Of a stretch of DNA of 30,430 nt, positions 1-7,343 are shown one piece after another; the first letter of the stretch is position 1; each line of letters starts with the position of its first letter. A model generated the notes under the pieces. It was not told where the DNA came from. It saw only the letters and a program-made list of their open reading frames with translations, and did not search any database. The position numbers and the translations under genes are program-made. Source of the stretch: Polyangia bacterium. Lineage in GTDB: Bacteria; Myxococcota_A; Polyangia; JAAYKL01. The stretch spans positions 1-30,430 of the forward strand of contig JBNKCR010000096.1 of the NCBI GenBank assembly GCA_050287845.1, read 5' to 3'.

Positions 1-1
1 T

Positions 2-136
2 CAGGGCTCTGGCAGCGGAGGCGCCAATGGCGTTGCGAACGCCGGGGATGGGGGCAAACAGAAACTGTCTGTCCACGGTTCTCTGTGTCTGTTCGTAAAC
101 GGTATCCGGTTTGAACCAGCGCGGTCTTTGTCCCAT
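2..136 (-). mobile_element. 5' part of a Y1/IS200-like (RAYT/TnpA-REP type) HUH transposase, truncated by the window edge
   Basis: Hand translation from ATG at 136 gives MGQRPRWFKPDTVYEQTQRTVDRQFLFAPIPGVRNAIGASAARAL, open to the edge. An AAGGAG RBS lies at 148-143. The pattern M-x-R-x-R...Y-E-x-T-x-R-T...FL resembles Y1_Tnp N-termini. The HUH motif itself is outside the window. Confidence 0.6.
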
Positions 137-229
137 GGGAAACTCCTTCGCAGGGAAAAACGATTTCTCCCTGCTCGGATGCTTTTCAAATCTGTTGCAG
201 AATTTCTGCGCTCAGACAGAAAAAATCAC

Positions 230-301
230 TCCGGGCGTTTGAAGAAAGCGTTTGCAGAAAGGCCTTTCTGCAACTGGCTTTCCGGGCGTTTGAAGAAAGC
301 G
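230..301. repeat. 21-bp perfect direct repeat flanking a 22-bp perfect palindrome
   Basis: TCCGGGCGTTTGAAGAAAGCG at 230-250 and 281-301; TTGCAGAAAGG|CCTTTCTGCAA at 252-273. Confidence 0.9.
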
Positions 302-637
302 CACTGGTTTTACCTGCCGTTTTATATATATTTGGGAACGTGGGGTCACCCATTAGACGGAACCTTTTAGATGATTTACAGATCCTGTGCGCACACCCGT
401 GCGCACAAACGATTCGCGTACACCGATTGAAGACAACTGCATCACGCCACCCGGTTATTTTTTTTTTGCTTTTTAACAACATGCGGAGCAAAATAGTCAT
501 CAACTTTGGTCTTCGAATCAATTTGTTGCCTATTTCGATATTTAAAAAAGCGATTAAAAGCCGGAAATGTCAGACGGCAACAATCGCAAATTCAAGCCAG
601 ACTGGCGGATAGCGTTTTTGATCTGGACAGGTATGGC

Positions 638-3037
638 ATGAAGCAATCACGTACGGGAAAATATATTGCAGCCGGTCTGGTGATGGCCGCGGTAATGGCG
701 GCATGCGGTGATGCCAGACGCGATCGGCCCCAAGAGAATGCTGACGGAAAAACCCGCCCCATCACAGCAGATTCTCCTGGCACAATCACGATAGACTACC
801 CGAGGGAAGGAACCATTTTCCCCCCTGAATTTCCCGCCCCTGTCTGGCTGTGGAGAGATGAGAACAACAAGGCTGTATCCTGGGAGATCACCATCTCATT
901 CCCCGACGGGTCTCCCTCGATCCGGCTTGCGTCCACCGGCGAACGGATGAGCATCGGAGAGATCGATCCAGCTTGCGTGTCGTCCTCCAACAAACCGCCG
1001 AAGTTGACGAAAAAGCAGGCGGCCGCGCATTCATGGCGGCCCGATGAGCCCCTGTGGACCGCCATTAAAAAGCATTCCACAGGCCACCCGGCCACAGTCA
1101 CCATTACCGGACGTCGCCGTGACGACTCTAAAACGATTGTCTCACGCGGCAAGGGTTCGATTTTGACCTCAACTGACTCGGTTGGTGCGCCCATCTTCTA
1201 CCGGGACGTCCCCCTGATGCCGTCGGAGAGCAAAAAAGGCGTCATCAAACCCCTGGACAAAAATCTGGTGCCCCTTATTGCCTGGAGGCTGCGTAATGTC
1301 GCCGAGAAGCAGAGCAAAGTGGTGATGCAAGGCCTTCACACCTGTGCCAACTGTCATTCCTTTTCCGCCGACGGCAAAACCCTTGGCATGGACATGGACG
1401 GTCCCGAAAATGATAAGGGACTCTACACCATCACAAACGTCAGTCCGCAAATGTCGATTCGCCCCGAAGATCAGATTTCGTGGAGCACCTTTCGGGGCAA
1501 GCTTGGGAGCAAGCTGCGCGTGGGCTTTATGTCTCAGATTTCCCCGGATGCGCGGCATGTTGTCACCATGATAAACGATCCGGGCGTAGATCAGACTGAC
1601 TATGAGCGCAACAGGAAGCCAATCGACATTGAGCAGGCGTATTATGTCACAAACTTTAAGGATTATCGTTTCCTTCAGGTTTTCTTCCCCACCCGTGGCA
1701 TTCTCGCCTGGTATTCTTCGGAAACAGCGCATTTGCAATACCTGCCAGGGGCTGACGATACAAACTATGTGCACACCAATGCGGTCTGGAGCCCCGACGG
1801 AAAATATCTGGTGTTTGCGCGCGCCCGGGCACGGGACGCGAATCCAGCCGGTGCTGCAGAAGCGCAATATGCCAACGATCCAAAAGAGATGCAGATAAAG
1901 TATGACCTTTACCGCATTCCGTTTAATAACGGTAAAGGCGGAAAGGCCGAGCCCATCGCCGGCGCCTCACAAAACGGAATGAGCAATTCATTTCCGAAAA
2001 TTTCCCCGGATGGTCGCTGGATTGTATTTGTTCAGGCCCAGAACGGGCTCCTCATGCGACCTGACGGCAAACTCTACATGGTACCAGCCGAAGGCGGTGT
2101 GGCTCGCCAGATGAATTGCAACACACCACTGATGAACTCCTGGCACAGCTTTTCCCCGAATGGTCGCTGGATGGTGTTCTCTTCAAAAAGCCAGTCGCCC
2201 TATACACAGATGTTTCTCACTCATATCGATGAATCCGGCAATGACAGTCCTCCCATCCTCATCGAAAACGCCACAGCGGCAAACCGGGCGGTGAATCTCC
2301 CGGAATTTGTGAATATACCAGCGGACGGAATTAAGAAGATTGATGTGCCGGCAGCTGAATATGCTCGCCACACCGATCTGGCAATCGAGTCGATGAAGAA
2401 GGGCCAGTACGACACTGCGGTGCTCGAATGGAACAAAGCGATGGCACTTGCCCCGGATGACTACAATTCCCATAACAACCTGGGGGTCGCGCTGATGGAA
2501 ACCGGACAGACGGATGAAGCAATTAAACATTATCGCAGGGCATTGGAGTTAAATCCTCAATATGTGGAGGCCTGCAACAACCTGGGTGAAGCCCTGGCCG
2601 GCAAAGGCAAAGATGAAGAAGCCATTGAACAGTTTTCCAGGGCCGTCCGCCTGGATTCCGCTTTTATTACGGCCCGCATGAATCTGGGCCTCACGCTGGC
2701 CCGCACCGGGCAGACAGACAATGCGATATTCCACCTGAAGAAAGTTGCACAGGCAACGCCCGATGCGGCCGAAATCCGCAGGAGCCTCGGTCATGCACTG
2801 GCGCAAAAGGGTCGTTTTGAAGAAGCCAGAGTTGAATTGGAAGCGGCGGTCAAACTGTCAAAAAGCATGGATCCGTTGGCGTTGTTTCTTTTGGGTCGCG
2901 TCAACGCCGACCTGGGAGATATTCCACAGGCGGTTCAAATCGAGCGTTTGGCACTTGCTCTTGCGCTTCAGTTGAAACGGATGCCGCTCGCCCAGGCCAT
3001 CAGGGCCCATCTGGATGTGCTGGCGCAGCCCCATTAG
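638..3037 (+). CDS. Lipoprotein with PD40/TolB-like beta-propeller, one CxxCH motif and C-terminal TPR repeats
   Basis: Likely start ATG 638 (MKQSRTGKYIAAGLVMAAVMAAC, lipobox). It has CANCH, repeated (W/I/F)SPDG(K/R) blades and about 6 TPRs (NNLGVAL, NNLGEAL, MNLGLTL). The ORF track start at 506 is probably too long. Confidence 0.85.
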   Translation: MKQSRTGKYIAAGLVMAAVMAACGDARRDRPQENADGKTRPITADSPGTITIDYPREGTIFPPEFPAPVWLWRDENNKAVSWEITISFPDGSPSIRLASTGERMSIGEIDPACVSSSNKPPKLTKKQAAAHSWRPDEPLWTAIKKHSTGHPATVTITGRRRDDSKTIVSRGKGSILTSTDSVGAPIFYRDVPLMPSESKKGVIKPLDKNLVPLIAWRLRNVAEKQSKVVMQGLHTCANCHSFSADGKTLGMDMDGPENDKGLYTITNVSPQMSIRPEDQISWSTFRGKLGSKLRVGFMSQISPDARHVVTMINDPGVDQTDYERNRKPIDIEQAYYVTNFKDYRFLQVFFPTRGILAWYSSETAHLQYLPGADDTNYVHTNAVWSPDGKYLVFARARARDANPAGAAEAQYANDPKEMQIKYDLYRIPFNNGKGGKAEPIAGASQNGMSNSFPKISPDGRWIVFVQAQNGLLMRPDGKLYMVPAEGGVARQMNCNTPLMNSWHSFSPNGRWMVFSSKSQSPYTQMFLTHIDESGNDSPPILIENATAANRAVNLPEFVNIPADGIKKIDVPAAEYARHTDLAIESMKKGQYDTAVLEWNKAMALAPDDYNSHNNLGVALMETGQTDEAIKHYRRALELNPQYVEACNNLGEALAGKGKDEEAIEQFSRAVRLDSAFITARMNLGLTLARTGQTDNAIFHLKKVAQATPDAAEIRRSLGHALAQKGRFEEARVELEAAVKLSKSMDPLALFLLGRVNADLGDIPQAVQIERLALALALQLKRMPLAQAIRAHLDVLAQPH

Positions 3038-3143
3038 AACTTCGCAAATAATCCAAGTTGAGTTGAACGAGGGAGTCTGGAACGCGTTCTGAGCGCATCT
3101 TTCCAGGGAAATCTCAGAGAGTGATCCAGACGCCCGTGTGCTC

Positions 3144-4439
3144 TCAGCCCCGGGGATGCAGGCGAACTCGGGCGCCTAATCTGTGCAGGATGCGAAATAC
3201 ACCATGCAGCGTTCGGCCAAAGTAGAGAAATTCTCCATCGTAATGCTGGAGATGGTGATAGAAGGCACCCAAAAATTGCTGTCCCCTGCTGAAATACTCG
3301 CTGTTGGCGGTAAAGTCATAGAATTCCTGCTGGTACGGTTCCCTTATCCACCTGCTCCATTCATCTAAAAAGGCATTGTAGGCGTCGGCGTTCCGTCCCG
3401 GTCTGTAATGAATGCCGATGGCCGCATGCAGATTTTCCACAATGGCCGCGGGAGGTGCCGACGTATCTTCCCAAAGCAGCGCCGCAAGGGCGTTGGCAAA
3501 TTCGGGGGTAAGCCGCTCCACGCATCCGAAGTCGACCACCCCGAGTCGTTCATCGCTTCGAAACAGAAAATTTCCAGGATTGGGATCTGCGTGAAATTGT
3601 CGCAGATGCTGGATGCCATAATTCATTAAATCCACTATCCGCTGACCAAAATGGTTGCGCAGCGCCCGGGATGGGCCGGTTTTCAACCAGTCATCCAGAT
3701 GATTCCCGCTGATTTTGTGGGTGGCCAGCACCCTTGATGTGGACAATTCGTTGACAACTGCCGGAGTTGCAAAGGATTCCTCCGGAAGATGGGTATGAAA
3801 AAACGTGGTGTTGCCAGCCTCCTGCACATAGTCGAGCTCTTCTGTCAGTTTTTGCCGAATGAGGGCAATGCACGACGAAAAAATGCGCCGGTATCGGGTG
3901 GGTGCCAGCGCCGCCTGCAGAAGCGCCACGTCCGCCTGCACGCCCTCCGCCGCGCCGGGATACTGGATTTTTATGGCCAATGGCAATCCGTTTCGGCTCA
4001 CCGCAAAATGCACCTGACCCAGACTCGCAGCGGCAAACGGTTGCCATTCAAACCGTTGAAAAAGGGATTCGGGTCGCCCCAGCTCTCTGCTGATAACCTT
4101 TCGGGTCAATGCCCGATTGAGTGGCGGCACCTGACAGTATGATTTAGCCAACTCATCCCGCATTACCTGAGGAAGCAGCTCCATTTCCATGGCGGCCACC
4201 TGGGCCACTTTCAGGGCACAACCACGCATCACACTCAGGGCTTCAAACAGAATGCGCGCTGCCTCTCCATCAAATTCCAGGTCTGCGGCCGTTTTGGATT
4301 CCGTGTTGAGAAAAGGTCGGCGACCCAGATGAATGGCTTTCTTCACCCCCACTCTGGCGACTGCCACACCCGCAGTGGTTCCCCGGCTCAGACGGCCGGA
4401 TGGGGGGGGTGCAGACGATGGCTGATTGCGCTGACTCAC
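3144..4439 (-). CDS. AarF/ABC1/UbiB (COQ8-like) atypical kinase
   Basis: RGCALKVAQ (KxGQ-like), PFAAASLGQVH, AIKIQYPG, EELDY, HADPNPGNF and DFG motifs. Overlaps the TetR stop by 4 bp. Confidence 0.9.
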   Translation of the reverse strand: MSQRNQPSSAPPPSGRLSRGTTAGVAVARVGVKKAIHLGRRPFLNTESKTAADLEFDGEAARILFEALSVMRGCALKVAQVAAMEMELLPQVMRDELAKSYCQVPPLNRALTRKVISRELGRPESLFQRFEWQPFAAASLGQVHFAVSRNGLPLAIKIQYPGAAEGVQADVALLQAALAPTRYRRIFSSCIALIRQKLTEELDYVQEAGNTTFFHTHLPEESFATPAVVNELSTSRVLATHKISGNHLDDWLKTGPSRALRNHFGQRIVDLMNYGIQHLRQFHADPNPGNFLFRSDERLGVVDFGCVERLTPEFANALAALLWEDTSAPPAAIVENLHAAIGIHYRPGRNADAYNAFLDEWSRWIREPYQQEFYDFTANSEYFSRGQQFLGAFYHHLQHYDGEFLYFGRTLHGVFRILHRLGARVRLHPRG

Positions 4440-5176
4440 CTGCCGTCCTCTTCCGTTTTCACTCCTGTGTGCAGTCCGCCTATCAGTGAAGCCAGCCCAA
4501 TCATTTTATCGAGGTTGCCAAAGAAATGACTGCGAAACAGAAATACGCCAATATCCGCCACTTTGGAAATCATTCCCGAACGTAACACATCGATAAAAAT
4601 GTCCAGGGACATGTCAATGAGGCGACTGGTGTTCACGCATCCCACCGTTTCATCCCGCAGCCAGTACATGGTCACCAGATTGCGATAATCCCAGACGAGA
4701 TGACACAGGAATCGGAGAAACGGCTGGGAGGGAATTTCTTTTCTCTCGATGGATTTTTCGAAATACTTTCCAATTTCGTCCGAATACCGGGTTGCCACCG
4801 GTCCGAATTCAGTGAAACTGCGAAGGGGTGAATCAAGTAGCGCCTTGAAAGTGGTCGCCACAAAGGTCCGGTCCTTTTGCCAGACGTCAAGCTGGATTTC
4901 CATGACGGTCTGCAGCTTCTCTTTCAAATCAAAAGATTCGAAATCTTCAATTGCCTCAATTGCCTCAAACATTTCATCCTGTTTTTCTTCAAACCATGCG
5001 TAGAAGATTTTCTCCTTGCCAGGAAAGTAACTGTAAATGGTTGAAGGCGAAAATCCCGCGCCAGTTGAAATATCGCGCATGGTCACCGAGGCAAATCCTC
5101 TTTCCGAAATCATTGCTGCGGCGGTTTCGAGCAGTTTTCGGCGAATCTGAGCTTTTTGACGTGCAGACACTTTCAT
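4436..5176 (-). CDS. TetR/AcrR family transcriptional regulator
   Basis: N-terminal HTH (GFASVTMRDISTGAGFSPSTIYSYFPGKE); GGAGG RBS upstream. Confidence 0.92.
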   Translation of the reverse strand: MKVSARQKAQIRRKLLETAAAMISERGFASVTMRDISTGAGFSPSTIYSYFPGKEKIFYAWFEEKQDEMFEAIEAIEDFESFDLKEKLQTVMEIQLDVWQKDRTFVATTFKALLDSPLRSFTEFGPVATRYSDEIGKYFEKSIERKEIPSQPFLRFLCHLVWDYRNLVTMYWLRDETVGCVNTSRLIDMSLDIFIDVLRSGMISKVADIGVFLFRSHFFGNLDKMIGLASLIGGLHTGVKTEEDGR

Positions 5177-5195
5177 AGTGCACCTCCATTGGCAA

Positions 5196-5212
5196 TATAT
5201 AATTACTATACA
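5196..5212. promoter_or_regulatory. Candidate TetR operator in the divergent promoter region
   Basis: Imperfect inverted repeat TATATA-N5-TATACA in the AT-rich 122-bp gap; a further TATACA half-site at 5249-5254. Confidence 0.35.
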
Positions 5213-5298
5213 TTAAAATATGTTGCAAGAAGTTTTAAGGCGATCAATTATACATAAAAACCCAAGACCGCGTCTTTGGCGCAGGAAGGAAAAACCCC

Positions 5299-5787
5299 AT
5301 GCAACCAATTGACAGACATTTCGAGGCGGCAAAAAAGGTATTCAATAATATTCGGGTAATGAAAGGAGAGTTTACCAGTATTGCCACGTGTGATGATTCG
5401 GGGAACCCGAATGTGGCGCCCATTGGCTCCATGCGCATTATGGATGACCATACCATCCATGTACTTCAGGGATTTCTGCCGCGCACCCACAATAATTTGA
5501 AGATGAACCCCAAAGCCGTTTTTGCGGTGCGTTGCCGGGATTCCCTGGTTAAGAAACTGTTTTCCTTTATTAAGGACCCCGAAGACGAGGTGATGGGGTA
5601 CCGTGTTTATGGAAGCCTGACCCAGATTAGTGATTCAAAAGCAGTGCTTCAACGGGAGATAAAAGCGATTTCACCGAGGGTTCCGTGGCTTTTTCGAAAG
5701 TCGTTCCACAAATTCTGTGACGCCAGACTGAACCATCTCTGGGTATTTTCACTGGATGATATTCGCATTATCGGCGGCATTGAATAG
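5299..5787 (+). CDS. Pyridoxamine 5'-phosphate oxidase-like FMN-binding protein
   Basis: IATCDDSGNPNVAPIGS...RTHNNLKMNPKA pattern; AAGGA RBS. Confidence 0.85.
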   Translation: MQPIDRHFEAAKKVFNNIRVMKGEFTSIATCDDSGNPNVAPIGSMRIMDDHTIHVLQGFLPRTHNNLKMNPKAVFAVRCRDSLVKKLFSFIKDPEDEVMGYRVYGSLTQISDSKAVLQREIKAISPRVPWLFRKSFHKFCDARLNHLWVFSLDDIRIIGGIE

Positions 5788-5845
5788 CGACAAATAACTG
5801 CTGCCACCGGGATTGGGTAGACCAACTGAAAATAAATGGCAAGTA

Positions 5846-5878
5846 GGAGGGTCAGACCCCCGTGTGGACCCGTGTGGA
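5846..5878. repeat. GGGTCAGACCC mini-palindrome followed by a 10-bp tandem duplication
   Basis: GGAGGGTCAGACCCCC, then CCCGTGTGGA twice (5859-5868, 5869-5878), between convergent genes. Confidence 0.55.
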
Positions 5879-5927
5879 TGGGCGGGGTGAACCAAACGAA
5901 CTTTTGAGATAATGCCTGGGCGCGCGG

Positions 5928-7214
5928 TCATCTCTCCGGACAGCGGTTGTCGTCATTGCATGGAATCAACGTGGTGCAATAGTTCTTTGCCCGATCGTTG
6001 TAGCGCTTCAGCAGAAGGTGGAATGCCTCCATTACGGAATCCACCGTTCCGCTTCGCAATCGGATAGGCTGACCATTTCGAAGGTGCAACCCCCGCATCC
6101 ATGAACCGGGAAAGTGCCCGGCCTCTGTTCTGATGAATTCGGTGGTGGCTGCAGTGAGGTTTTCAAACAATTCTTTTTCGTCGGTATCGGGTAATCGCTC
6201 CGCCTCACTGAAAAATTCGTCGATTTCGTTTTGCAGGGTGGAGAGCGCGCGTCGGACGCGGGTCATATCCGGGGTAACACTCTGGGACTCGATTCGGGAG
6301 ACAACTGCCAGTTTCTGGGCAGCAGCAACAATACGGGCGAGATGGTGCAGGGATTTTCTTTCAGGAGACCGGGCAGACCATTCGATGCAACGGGCCAGTT
6401 CCCCTCTTGCCCCGGTGGCAATCAGTTGCCACAGCTGGTTTCGCCGCTGGGTGATACGCTCAAATTTTTTCAGCAGCTGGGGATGCAGCACCTTTCCCTT
6501 GAGACAGTCGTCTTCGGTATATTTTTTTTTGATGTAGTATGCCGACGCCATCTTGAAAATGGGCGCCGCTTTTTGCAGGGTTTTCACATATGCCCGGGCA
6601 GCAGCATGCAACTGGGGCAGCTGAGGCGCCATTCGATCTGCCCCGGGAAGCGATGCCTCGCAGTCATCAACCCGGTCCAGGGGAATCGGGAGGATGCCAC
6701 GTCCAACGTATTTTTCTTCGCAGTGAGGGGGAAGCAGCGGTTCCTTGCGCCACGAAAAATAGACGCCCATGGCATCGCGAACGTTTTCGTACGTTTCCAG
6801 ACAGGCGACATACGCGTTGAACTTGCCGGTGAGATGATGGCGCGAAACGGCCGATTCGGCTGTATCTGCCGGCGAAGACGGCGGGAGGGACCTACCTGTG
6901 TCATTGGCTGTTGCGGATACGGTCGGTCCGGCAGTTGGTTCATGCCGGGAGGAGGGGGGCGCCGCGTGCTGAAAGTAGAAAATGACGCCTCCCCCGAGAA
7001 CCAGCAGCGCAAATACGATGGCCATGGCCAGGTGAACTTCCCGGGCGTTGAACCGGCCCCCGGATTTGGAGGACATAACGCGATCGATGGTGGTTTCACG
7101 GTAGACGGGATTGGCGAACTGACCATTGCAATGGGGACAGATCAGTGCCGGAGACTTTTGCATTGATGCAACGGGCTGTTCGCAATGGGGACACTTCGTT
7201 TGATCGTTTGTCAT
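5928..7214 (-). CDS. Membrane-anchored YiiG/DUF3829-like protein with N-terminal zinc ribbon
   Basis: CPHC...CPHC, then one TM helix and a P/S/T linker. KFNAYVACL and YYIKKKYTEDDCLKGKVLHPQL resemble the YiiG family. Confidence 0.65.
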   Translation of the reverse strand: MTNDQTKCPHCEQPVASMQKSPALICPHCNGQFANPVYRETTIDRVMSSKSGGRFNAREVHLAMAIVFALLVLGGGVIFYFQHAAPPSSRHEPTAGPTVSATANDTGRSLPPSSPADTAESAVSRHHLTGKFNAYVACLETYENVRDAMGVYFSWRKEPLLPPHCEEKYVGRGILPIPLDRVDDCEASLPGADRMAPQLPQLHAAARAYVKTLQKAAPIFKMASAYYIKKKYTEDDCLKGKVLHPQLLKKFERITQRRNQLWQLIATGARGELARCIEWSARSPERKSLHHLARIVAAAQKLAVVSRIESQSVTPDMTRVRRALSTLQNEIDEFFSEAERLPDTDEKELFENLTAATTEFIRTEAGHFPGSWMRGLHLRNGQPIRLRSGTVDSVMEAFHLLLKRYNDRAKNYCTTLIPCNDDNRCPER

Positions 7215-7343
7215 CCCCAGCAGACGTATCGCATCTGGCCCGGAAATACAATCTGCAGATTGCGGGGGACAGGGTAATCGAAAAGTCCCTTCTGTGCCCG
7301 GGAGACGGCTGGGCGCCGCCTTTGCGATTGCCCCGGGGCTGCC

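Noticed and set aside
1..612. ORF-track entries 1-189, 128-370, 186-521 and 340-612
   Set aside because: No protein-like motifs; they cross the repeat region, and a different frame (ATG 136, minus strand) has an RBS and a recognisable pattern.
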